From Mobula hypostoma (taxonomy: Eukaryota): 64,000 nucleotides of DNA. Position numbers and translations under genes: made by a program. A model generated the notes under the pieces. The model saw only the letters and a list, made by a program, of their open reading frames with translations. It searched no databases and was not told the DNA's origin. The stretch is from assembly GCF_963921235.1 (NCBI RefSeq), contig NC_086097.1, positions 179,802,001-179,866,000 on the forward strand. The letters are read 5' to 3'. Position 1 is the first letter of the stretch, and every line of letters begins with the position of its first letter. Below, piece after piece: positions 52,323 through 62,780 of the stretch.

Positions 52323-53494
52323 GAGGTAAAAAGGAACTTGATGGGTAACTGAGCTGTTAGAGGAAGTGGCTGAGGCAGGTGCTGGAACATTGAAAAGACA
52401 GGCAAACGTAAAAAGATAATAGTTGGGATGTCACGTTACAGTTGCGCGGAACACTACTTAGGGTGCAATCTGCATACAGTACTGTGTGCTGTTCCGGTCG
52501 CCATACCACAGTGAAGGTGTGACAGGCTGGTGGGGGTGCAGGAAAGGTTCACAAGGATGTTATCTGCATTGGAGGGATTAATTTATAAGAAGAGGCTCCA
52601 TTGTCCGGGAGTGTTTTCCCTGGAGTAAGGGAGGTTAAATGGCAACGTGATAGAGGTATTGATGGAGTAGAGAGCTAGTGTGTGTTTCCCACGCTATGAG
52701 TGTCTAAAACTAGAGGGCACAGGTTTAAAGGAGGTCGGACGGATAAATTTTTCACACCAAGTCGTTGGTACCTGGAATGCGCTGCCAGAGGGGATGGTGA
52801 TGGCAGAATAGTAACAACCTTTCAGAGACATAAAATGAGTGGAGCATAGAGGGATGGGGAACTAACAGAGGTGAGGGAAATTAGTGTAAGTAGGCATGGT
52901 GATCAGCAGAGATACAGTGGGCTGAACAGTTCTCTCGTGCACTAAAACTAACCTCTTGATTTTTCATTCTATCCTTACACCTTATTTGTCTGCCTGCACT
53001 GCACTTCCTCTGTAACTGTGACACTATTCTCTGCATACTGTTAACCCACACCACCAGGTTCAGGAACAGCTACTTGCCTTCAACTGTACAGTTCAGAACC
53101 AACCAGCACAATGCTAATGCATTGTTGCTTGGATTGGGGAGCATGTCTTATGAGAATAGGTTGAGCGAACTCGGCCTTTTCTCCTTGGAGCGACGGAGGA
53201 TGAGAGGTGACCTGATAGAGGTGTATAAGATGATGAGAGGCACTGATTGTGTGGATAGTCAGAGACTTTTTCCCAGTGCTGAAATGGCTAGCACGAGAAG
53301 GCATAGTTTTAAGGTGCTTGGAAGTAGGTACAGAGGAGATGTCAGGGGTAAGTTTTTTTACTCAGAGTGGTGAGTGCATGGAATGGCCTGCCAGCAATGG
53401 TGGTGGAGGCGGATACGATAGGGTCTTTTAAGAGACTTTTGGATAGGTACATGGAGCTTAGAAAAATAGAGGGCTATAGGTAAGCCTAGTAATT

Positions 53495-54160
53495 AGTGGG
53501 GGAGGAGAAGATGGCGGCACGACGCAGCGCGTGCGGCCTCTCCGGTGAATGATATCGTATTTGGTAAGTAGGTACTGTGCACAATCCTGATTTGATGGAG
53601 ACAGACGTGAGAAGCATGGAGAAACATCTGGAGAAACTTCTGAAATGCCTGCTTCGCTGCCGTTGCTACTGTGCGATTGAGAATCTCCGGAGGGGAAGGC
53701 CCCAAATCCTCGGCTTTGCCTATTGCTGGGGCCGGGGTTGAAGCGCTCAGCAGAGATAGTGCTCAGTGCTCGGTGTTGGAGGCTCGAAGTTTTTGGATGG
53801 ACTCAAGAGTCATCTGTGGTTGGGTGCTTCCGGGGTGCTGCATCGGTAAGTTTGCGGCACTGGAGTTTCACGGCAGGAAGAGAGTTTCTCTTCCTTCTAC
53901 CGTCTGCGTGAGATGATGGGACTTTCGAGAGACTTTGAGACTTTTTTTTACCGTGCCCATGGTCTGTTCTTTATCAAATTACGGTATTGCTTTGCACTGT
54001 TGTAACTATATGTTATAATTATGTGGTTTTCGTCAGTTCTTTTAGTCTTGGTTTGTCTTGTGTTTCTGTGATATCATTCTGGAGGAACATTGTATCGTTT
54101 CTTAATGCATCCATTACTAAATGACAATAAAAGTGGACAGCGTGTCCTCATAATCTAATC
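53495..54160 (+). mobile_element. Non-autonomous non-coding retroposon with CpG-rich head and (ATCTA)n tail
   Basis: Starts ggggaggagAAGATGGCGGCacgacgc; AATAAA at about 54126; tail taatctaatc continues at 55354-55375 beyond the hAT insertion. Confidence 0.7.
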
Positions 54161-55353
54161 CAGGGGCCCCCAACCTTTTTCGCACTGCGGACCAGTTTCA
54201 TATTGACAATATTCTTGCGGACCGGCCAACCGGTGGGGGGAGGGGGGTGGTGGTAGGGTTGCCAATGAAGAAGAGTAGCAGTCAAATACGTTGGGTTTAC
54301 CCAGAGAAAGACTACAATGACCATGAAGCCTTGCGCGAGCACCAGTGCGCATGCGTGATTTGCGCATGGGTGTTCGTGCCGATTCTTTTCCACAAATCAT
54401 TTTTGGCGATTCTGTTCGGGGGGTGGGTGTTAATCACGAACACAATATAGGTGATAAGTGGCTAATACACTCAATTTTGTTTCTAAAAGGGTTTATCTAA
54501 CGAATTTAATATTAAACACACAGCGCATATTTTCCTCGCATGAATATAGCGATAAGTCAATTATCAGGGGAGCTTGAAGTAAGTGTTGAATGAACTTCTA
54601 GTAGAAGTGGTAGAGGCAGGTTCGATATTATCATTTAAAGAAAAATTGGATAGGTATATGGACAGGAAGGGAATGGAGGGTTATAGGCTGAGTGCAGGTT
54701 GGTGGGACTAGGTGAGAGTAGCGTTCAGCACGGACTAGAAGGGGAGAGATGGCCTGTTTCCGTGCTGTAATTGTTATATGGTTATACAAGTCAATAGCAT
54801 CATAACATTTTAAGTAACGTTTGGATATTAAACACACAGCACATATTTTCCCCGTATGAACATATAAAATCATTGCAACACACCAATATCGCTGAATCAG
54901 TGGGAGCCCTGGGCTTGTTTCCCTGCAACAAGACGGTCCCATCGAGGGGTGATGGGAGACAGCGATACTCGAAGGGGGTTCCGTATGTCCAGTCTATTCC
55001 ACAATTTAATTTTTGTTGCATTCATTGCAGAGATATGTTGGAAATGGAAGCAACGTTTTCAGTGCTTTCGTGGCTATCTCAGGATATTTAGCCTTGACTT
55101 TGATCCAGAATGCCGGCAGAGATGTTATGTCAAACAAACTTTTCAGCCCGCTGTCATTTGCAAGCTCGAGGAATTGATCTCCTTCCTGCGCTGACATGGA
55201 TGACGCGCGTGTAATGACCTCACGCGCATTCAAGCTCAGTAGTGGCCGTGACAGGGAATGAGGAAAGGTGCAGCTAACTCCTATCGCCAAATTATATCGT
55301 TTCCTCGCGGCTCGGTAGCACATGCTTTGCGGCCCGGTGGTTGGGGACCGCTG
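54161..55353 (-). mobile_element. Non-autonomous hAT-Charlie/Buster-type DNA transposon
   Basis: 15-bp TIRs CAGGGGCCCCCAACC / CAGCGGTCCCCAACC; 8-bp TSD ATCTAATC. Transposase dimerisation-domain remnant FWIKVKAKYPEIATKALKTLLPFPTYLC in ORF 55006..55323. Confidence 0.92.
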
Positions 55354-55766
55354 ATCTAATCTAATCTAATCTAATTTCTAAAGTAGAGACATGTTCAGCA
55401 CAATTTTGTGGGCCGAAGGGCCTGTATTGTGCAGTAGGTTTTCTATGTTTCTAATCACGGCAGTCTAGCAACACTCTGATCACCTTGTCACTTCGGACTT
55501 TGTTCCAATTGTGTTTTCCTGTAAAAATTGCGTACAATTTTTATGTTTCCCTTGTGACTGCTGCTTATCTGATGCCATGTGCCTGTGATGCTACTGCCAA
55601 GTATGTTCGACATTGCACCTGTACATACAACAATAAAGCCAACTTTGACTTTTTCACTATCTCGATGCAAGCACTGCAGGCAAAACAGAAACTTATCATG
55701 GCATATATGATAACAATAAACTAACACACACACACACGCACACAGTGCAGGAACAGATGAACTTAC

Positions 55767-55875
55767 TAGTAAAAAGCTGATGGATGTTCCCTGTAGATGG
55801 AGCTCAGCGTCAGAAGACAATTCGAATATTGCAATGCGATTCTGGTGGTCAATTGCCACACTCCGACAGAAGAAA
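55767..55875 (-). CDS. LAMA3: LAMA3 exon (109 nt): FFCRSVAIDHQNRIAIFELSSDAELHLQGTSISFLL
   Basis: Acceptor tactgcag|T, donor CTA|gtaagt. Split codon AG+T = Ser. Confidence 0.92.
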
Positions 55876-56549
55876 CTGCAGTAAACACACACAGACACAG
55901 AAACATCTCCCATAAGTACAAACATTCAGCATGTTCATATCATTAGGCAGACTGGTGCTGTCATGGTGCAGGAGGGGTAAGAGAAGAGCAACAGATTGTG
56001 ACAGGATCAGGACCCCGTTAGGAGGCGACTCAAGGTGCAGCTGATAATCCGATGTTAAGGGACTTCAAAGGTATTTGGACAGGCACTGGAGAGAGGGTGT
56101 GTTGCAGGACAATAGGGAAGGAGTGGAGGAATGGGACTGTTGGTTTGGTACCATATGCAAACAGTATGAACATGACAGACCAAACAGCCTCCTTCCCTGC
56201 TAGATCAGTACTACGATTCATTGAGCCAAGGAAGCTTTCAGCCCAGTGACTCTACACAAGCCATCCTGTTTCCAGCTGAATCCAACTTCCCAACAAATAA
56301 CATTGGACAAGGATGTTAGAGCTTCTAAACCCAGAAAGCAGGCATGGTTTGGTTCATGTCATAAAAGGACACCATCCCTAGTGGCCAACTCCTGATGGCC
56401 CTGGCTGCTCAGAGAAACGATGATTGTAGCTGTGGATGAGAGTCAAATCCCCTTCAGACACCCAGCACCATTCCTCAGGTCTGAATCCTTCCCAGTCCAC
56501 AAAGAACTGCGAACACCCTGAACAGTTAATGAATCCACAATTCTACTTA

Positions 56550-56890
56550 TGGCGAAGACCTGTTCCCCATCAACAAACCTGGGTGGCGGTGGGACTAACG
56601 GGCTGGTGTTTCAGCCTTTTCTTCTTTGTATCGAAAAAAGGACAGGAGCCTGCAGTCATGCATTGATTATAGAGGGTTGAATTGCACATTGGTCAAGAAT
56701 CGTTACCCTTTTCCACTCATGAACACTGCCTTCAAGATTCTCCAAGGGGCAAGAGTACTCTTGAAGCTGGATTTGTGGACTGCGTACAACCTGGTTCACA
56801 TAAAGGAAGGTGACGAGTGGAATACAGTATTCAAAACACCGATAGGGCACCATGAGTATCTAATCATGCCTTTTGGGGGATGGAACAACA
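56550..56890 (+). mobile_element. Ty3/Gypsy (Sushi/chromovirus-like) reverse transcriptase remnant
   Basis: [53 protein letters not shown] in ORF 56626..56910. Confidence 0.85.
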
Positions 56891-56909
56891 ATAGATTGAG
56901 TCAGGGCTA

Positions 56910-59032
56910 GGGCTATCACTCTTTGATCTCTTAATGTGTCCCACTTTTCCTCTGCCAGATGATTATTGTGGGCAAGGCCTCCCCATTCCAGCCACTCTCT
57001 TGGGCCGTCCAAAATTCAATCTTGTAGTGAGCTGCTGACCTTCCACCCTGTCGAATCTTCATCAGGCGGTCCAAGGCTCAGCTGGCTTCATCGGGGTGAT
57101 GAAACTCCTTCCTCATGGTGACCCTCCACCCTGTCGAATCTTCATCAGGTGGTCCAAGGCTCGGCTGGCTCCATCAGGGTGATGAAACACCTTCCTTATG
57201 GGGCCATGAACTCCTCCAAATCTGAACAAACCTCTGACTTTCATTCTCAGTGCATAGAGGCCCAGGCCAGGGCTCTTCCAGTCCGAAGAGAGATAATGAA
57301 GACTAACTTTCTGCACTCCAAAGGGAACTGGGATGGCTGGAGTTCAACCACTAATGAGCATTAGATGAGGAAGCCACGCCAACAGCCCGGACACCGTCGA
57401 ATCTCTCTGGGGTTGGAAGATGGATTGGCTCCATAGTGACCAACAGCCTCTCTTGAGTGACTGTGGCTTCCTCCCTGCAATGGTTGGCACTTGGTGACCT
57501 GGAGGTCACGTATCTCCAGGCTCTGTCTTGAAACCTTTTCGCTGTGGTTGCCCACAGCTCACAAAAGGCTCCAATATCCCACTGGGTCCATGTTGACACA
57601 ATCACACTGTGATGAGAGACCTTACGAGGATGGTTTGGACCCAACTGCACGAGTAACCAAAGCAAGGATCGAGACGTGGTGTCATAGAAACATAGAAAAC
57701 TACAGCACAATACAGGTCCTTCGGCCCACAAAGTTGTGCTGAACATGTCCCTACATTAGAAATTTCTAGGCTTACCTATAGCCCTCTATTTTTCTAAGCT
57801 CCATGTACCTACCCAAAAGTCTCTTAAAAGGCCCTATCGTATCCACCTCCACCACCGTTGCCAGCAGCCCATTCCACACACTCACCACTCTCTGAGTAAA
57901 ATACTTACCCCTGATATCTCCTCTGTACCTACTCCCCAGCACCTTAAACCTGTGTCCTCTTGTGGCAACCATTTCAGCCCTGGGAAAAAGCCTCTAACTA
58001 TGCACACGATCAATGCCTCTCATCATCTTATACACCTCTATCAGGTCACTTCTCATCCTCCATCGTTCCAAGGAGAAAAGGCCAAGTTCACTCAACCTAC
58101 AAGGCATGCTCCCCAATCCAGGCAACATCCTTGTAAATCTCCTCTGCACCCTTTCTATGGCTTCCACATCCTTCCTGTAGTGAGGTGACCAGAACTGAGC
58201 ACACTACTTCAAGTGGGGTCTGACCAGGGTCCTATATAGCTGTAACATTACCTCTCGGCTCTTAAATTCAATTCCACAATTGATGAAGGCCAATACACCA
58301 TATACCTTCTTAACCACAGAGTCAACCTGCGCAGCTGCTTTGAGCGTCCTATGGACTTGGACCCCAAGATCCCTCTGATCCTCTACGCTGCCAAGAGTCT
58401 TACCATTAATACTATAGTCTGCCATCATATTTGACCTACCAAAATGAACCACTTCACACTTATCTGGGTTGAACTCCATCTGTCACTTCTCAGCCCAGTT
58501 TTGCATCCTATCGATGTCCCGCTGTAACCTCTGACAGCCCTAAACACTATCCACGACACCCCCAACCTTTGTGTCATCAGCAAACTTACTAACCCATCCC
58601 TTCAATTCCTCATTCAGGTCATTTATAAAAATCACGAAGAGCAAGGGTCCCAGAACAGATCCCTGAGGCACACAACTGGTGACTGACCTCCATGCAGAAT
58701 ATGACCCATCTGCAACCAATTTTTGCCTTCTGTGGGCAAGCCTGTTCTGGATCCACAAAGCAATGTCCCCTTGGATCCCATGCTTCCTTATCAAACTCCA
58801 TTGAGACACGGTATCAAAGTGGATCGAGAACAGAGCACAAATCGAACACTCGGTGAACTTACTAGTAGAGCTTACGGTTGAGTACCGAACCTCAGTTTAC
58901 ATACTCAATTCTTGGCTGCCAATTAGCGGGACTGTCCTGAATCTTTAAAGGGGCTGCACCAGCTATCCCTACTCCGAGGAGTTAGACCGTCAAAACCTCA
59001 GGCACTGGCACGGTTGGGTGCATGTCGTAACA
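56910..59032 (-). mobile_element. Ty3/Gypsy 5' LTR + gag remnant; LTR interrupted by CR1
   Basis: Minus strand: TGTTAC start at 59032, ..ATCACA end at 57608, ATG at 57591, then PERFDG..RGFLI..CSLV.ELQPSQFP..IISLRTGRALAWAS..LMKIRQG (retrotransposon gag). Confidence 0.7.
57684..58800 (-). mobile_element. Young 5'-truncated CR1 LINE
   Basis: ORFs 58540..58809 (VPQGSVLGPLLF..KFADDTKVGG), 58204..58479 and 57772..57972; (TTTCTATG)n tail. Confidence 0.92.
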
Positions 59033-59286
59033 CTTTGGGCCAGAAGGGCCTGTTACCGTGCTGTATCTGTAAATAAATAAACACAACCCTTCATTTCCCT
59101 GGGGAAAAGCTATCACTAGGAAAGTCTTCCCATGGCATTTTTAATCGACAGCTTCCTGGATTAACCTGCTGCGTTTAAGCCACAGAATCTGAACAAGTTT
59201 CCCACATTTTTGACGAGCAGTCACTCATAGTAGTCATAGTCATACTTTATTGATCCTGGGGGAATCAATATCCTGCTATATCCTAC

Positions 59287-59450
59287 CTGTATCTGCAGCT
59301 GTACAGGTTAAACTTCCCATGAGCGGCCGTATCCGGAGGGCCATGCTGTGCTACATCAAGGTACTGTATCCCCTCTCCTTGGCGAGCATATTCAAGGACA
59401 AGAACATACTGTCCTGGCTGAGGAAGCTGAATCCTAAACCGCACTTGAAC
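59287..59450 (-). CDS. LAMA3: LAMA3 exon (164 nt): VQVRFRIQLPQPGQYVLVLEYA...KFNLYSCRY
   Basis: Acceptor ctctcaccag|GTT, donor AG|gtagga. Lies within ORF 59283..59534; the GxYVLVLEY motif is typical of alpha3/alpha5. Confidence 0.92.
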
Positions 59451-59659
59451 CTGGTGAGAGGAGAAGTGTGTGACGATCAAAATGCTGTAAAGCCTGGCAA
59501 TCAGTTCAGACAGAGGAACTTCAATCAGAAACACTGACTGGTTTCCCTCTCACATACAACTCCTGTGCTCCCTCAGGTGTCTGTGTTAAGTTGCTGTTGG
59601 AGATCCCAGCACCACAACTTGGAGAAGAGTTGAACTGGGGGCAGTAAGAGCCTCGTGGT

Positions 59660-60485
59660 GGTGGTGTTGGTGATTGGTGGTGTTGTACATTGAGTAGAAG
59701 GTTGTTGTAGGTTACAATGGGCTGGGCTGAGAAGTGGCAGATGGAATTCAATCTGGAAAAGTGTGAAGTGATTCACTTTGGAAGGTTGAACTTGAAGGCA
59801 GAGTGCTTGAAGGCAAGATTCTCAGACGTGTGAAGGAATAGAGGGATCATGGGGTATATGTCCACAGATCCTTCAGAGATGTTGCGCAGGTTGATAGGGT
59901 GGTAAAGAAGGCGTATGGCATGATGGTCTTCATTAGCTGGGGGCTTGTTTCAAGAGCTACAAGGTAATCTGGTTAGATCACACTTGGAATAATGTGTTCA
60001 GTTCTGGTTCCCTCATTATAGGAAGCTTTAGAGAAAGTGCAGTGGAGATTTACCAGGATGCTGCCTAGATAGAGTGCATGTCTTATGAGGAAAGGTTGAG
60101 CAAACTAGGGCTTTTCTCTTCAGAGCAAAGGACTTGATACAAGTGTATAAGATGATAAGAGGCATAGATAGAGTGGACAGCTAATGACTTTCCCAGGGTG
60201 GAAATGGCTAATATGAGGGGCATAATTTTAAGGTGATTGGAGGAAAGTATAGTGGGCATGTCAGAGGTTGTTTCTTTTTTAAATACAGAATGGTGGGTGT
60301 GTGGAACACAGCGCAAAGCATGATGATAGAGGCAGGTACGTTAGGGACATTTATGAGATTCTTAGATAGGCATATGGATGAAAGAAAAATGTGGGAGGGA
60401 AGGGTTAGATTGATCTTGGAGTAGGTTAAAGGGTTGTCACAACATTGTGGGCTGAAGGGCCTGTAGTGTGCTGTACTGTTCTAAC
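59660..60485 (+). mobile_element. Decayed CR1 3' fragment
   Basis: gggctgagaagtggcagatggaattcaat through the CR1 3' end gggcctgtagtgtgctgtactgttcta. Confidence 0.85.
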
Positions 60486-61234
60486 ATCAGAATCTTAGTG
60501 GAGAATTACCTCCAGGAAAGGAGGCTCCAGGTCTTCCGCTGTTATCATGCAATGCAATCCTTGTTCTCATGAAGGGTCTTCACCCAAAACGTTAACTGTT
60601 TCCTTTTCCACAAGTGTGGCCCAACCTGCTGAACATTTCCAGCAATTTCCATTTTTATTTCAAATGTCCGTGTTGCAATTGTGTAAAACTTTGTTTAGAC
60701 CATAGGGAATTGGCAGTGGAGAGAGTCACAGCTTTAAACTCCTGCACGCTAACATATTGGATGATCTATCCTGGGCCCAGCACATAGATGCAATCACAAG
60801 GAAGACACAGAAGCATCTTAGGAGGTTCAGCAGGTTCAGCTTGTCACCAAATATTCTCACAAACTTCTGCAGGTGTATTGCTGAAAGTATACTGACAGGC
60901 CTGGTAGAGTAATTTCAATATGCAGGAACATAAAAAGCTGCGGAGTAGTGGGTTCTGCTTAATACCTCACAGGCACAACCTTCCCTCCCATCGATGACTC
61001 TGCAGGAGGTACTGCCTCAAGAAGGCAATACTGAACATCAAAGATCCCCACTATCCAAGCTATGCCATCTTCTCACGGCTACCTGTCTCTTGAACTCAGT
61101 GCCTTGTCTAGTACAGCAAGCATGCCATATTGTCTTAACAACCAGTGCAGCCATATAAACTGCATTTACTGAAATAAATGTGGTGCATAGTTAGCACAAC
61201 ACACTTGCTAATATCAAAACTTTGATCAGAAACA

Positions 61235-62150
61235 CAGAACACAGCAAAGTACAGCACAGTGCAGGTCCTTCAGCCCACAATGTTGTGCTGACTTTTAAGA
61301 TCAACCCTTCCCTCCATTTTTCTTTCATTCATGTGCCCATCTAAGAATCCCTTTAATGCCCCTATTGTGACTGCCTCTACTACCACTCCTGCCAGCAGGT
61401 ATCATGAACCTATCATTCTGTGTAGAAGAGCCATCTCTGTCAACCCCCTGCTTTTACCTCCATCATCATCATCACCACGTGCCATGTCCTATGATGTGGA
61501 TGATCATGGTCTCCACGGCTGTGATTGTTCTTGGAAAATATTTCTGCAGAAGTGGTTTTCCATTGCCTTCTTCTGGCAGTGTCTTTACAAAACAGGTAAT
61601 CCCAGCCATTATCAATACTCTTCAGAAATTATCTGCCTTGTATCCCATCTCCTTAAAATTAGTCTCCTTCCTATTAGCCATTTCCTCCCTGGGAAAAAGT
61701 ATCTGACTGCCCACACAACCCACGCCTCTTATCATCTTATAGTCATAGTCATACTTTATTGATCTCGGGGGAAATTGGTTAATTGTTTATACATTCGGTT
61801 ATACATTTCTGACAAATCACCTTTCATCTTCCTTTGCTCCAAAGAGAAAAGCTCTCTCTTTCTCAACCCTTCCTCATAAAACATGCCCTCTAATCCAGTC
61901 AGTAGCCTGGTAAATCTCTTCTGCACCCTCTTTGAAGCCTCCACATCCTTCCTATAATGAAGGGACCAGAACTGAACACATTATTCCAAGTATGGTCTAA
62001 CCAAAATTTTGCAGAGCTGCAACATTACCTCACGGCTCTTGAGCTCAGTCCCCCGAATAATGAAGGCCATCACAGCACACAACTTCTTAACTACCCCACC
62101 AACTTGCGTGGCAACTTTGAGGGGATCTGTGGATGTGCACCCCAGATCCC
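61235..62150 (-). mobile_element. Decayed CR1 3' fragment with nested RTE-tail SINE piece (about 61460-61640) and Rex1 tail (61741-61780)
   Basis: ORF 61756..61944 is CR1-like; the inserted block has a (CAT)n tail and agaagtggttttccattgccttcttctg. Confidence 0.75.
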
Positions 62151-62229
62151 TTTGTTCAAAAGTCTAAGCACGAGAGTAAACAAGAAACCACGCGGCCAAG
62201 TGGAAGGTAAATGAGGTGTTCATTAGCAC

Positions 62230-62377
62230 CTGTCTGCCAGTAAGGTCAGCCATTATTGCCTGGGCAGATGTTAGCAGCTGGTCTGTAGTCTGCCGTTTGC
62301 CGTCCACTCTGTACATACCATCATTGACTCCTACAGCTGGGAAAGAGTCCAGGGGCAGGTACTTGTATAGCAAGCAG
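62230..62377 (-). CDS. LAMA3: LAMA3 exon (148 nt), globular domain: CLLYKYLPLDSFPAVG...MADLTGRQ
   Basis: Acceptor ttcttcttaacag|C, donor CAG|gtgcta (weak). Open frame, phase 0 into the next exon. Confidence 0.85.
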
Positions 62378-62409
62378 CTGTTAAGAAGAAGTAACAGTCA
62401 AGACCATTA

Positions 62410-62780
62410 GACAGCACAAGATGCTGGAATTTGGAGCAACACACAATCTGCTGGAGGATCTCAGCCAGTAAAGCAGCATCTACAGGGGGAATTGTTGATG
62501 TCTCGGGTGTGAATCCTGCATCAGTACTGATATCAGCAGTTCGGAGGAGGGAACAGCTCTGTATCATTTCTGGACGGTGTATACTGCTCCCTCATCAACC
62601 TTCTCTCCTCTCTTTCCCTCCTGACTCTTCATCCCAGCCCTTTTTGTTCTCCCATCCTCTCTCACACCACTCCAGGTTCCTAAGATGAGTCCCAATGCAG
62701 TGTTTCAAACCGAAACATCATCTCTTCCTTACCCCTCACAGATGCTGCTCCGCATGCAGAGTTCCTCCAGCAGATTGATG
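62410..62780. mobile_element. Older fold-back Penelope-related element immediately upstream of a LAMA3 acceptor
   Basis: Arms caatctgctggaggatctc..agcagcatct / agatgctgct..gagttcctccagcagattg; two decayed hammerhead-like cores in opposite orientation. Confidence 0.65.

Larger units (their letters stand above)
53119..55450 (+). mobile_element. CR1 3' fragment (53119-53493 + 55375-55450) split by nested elements
   Basis: The consensus gtaagcctagtaatt|tctaaagtagagacatgttc is split; flanked by CTAAT at 53114 and 55451 inside a Rex1-type 3' end. Confidence 0.85.
359..62377 (-). other. LAMA3: Laminin subunit alpha-3 gene (long alpha3B-type region), partial: 13 internal coding exons; gene extends beyond both window ends
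   Basis: 13 exons, all AG/GT bounded, with compatible phases (total 1945 nt = 1 + 648 codons). Peptides such as [37 protein letters not shown] and SFSAFFCPHAFGCR match my recollection of LAMA3 better than its paralogue LAMA5. Confidence 0.92.

Noticed and set aside
55006..55323. ZBED5/SCAND3-like domesticated transposase gene
   Set aside because: Only a short C-terminal remnant within TIRs and a TSD, so a non-autonomous transposon.
359..62377. Assignment to LAMA5
   Set aside because: Same domain order, but the diagnostic peptides ([40 protein letters not shown]) fit LAMA3 better as I recall them; a phylogeny or synteny check would settle it.
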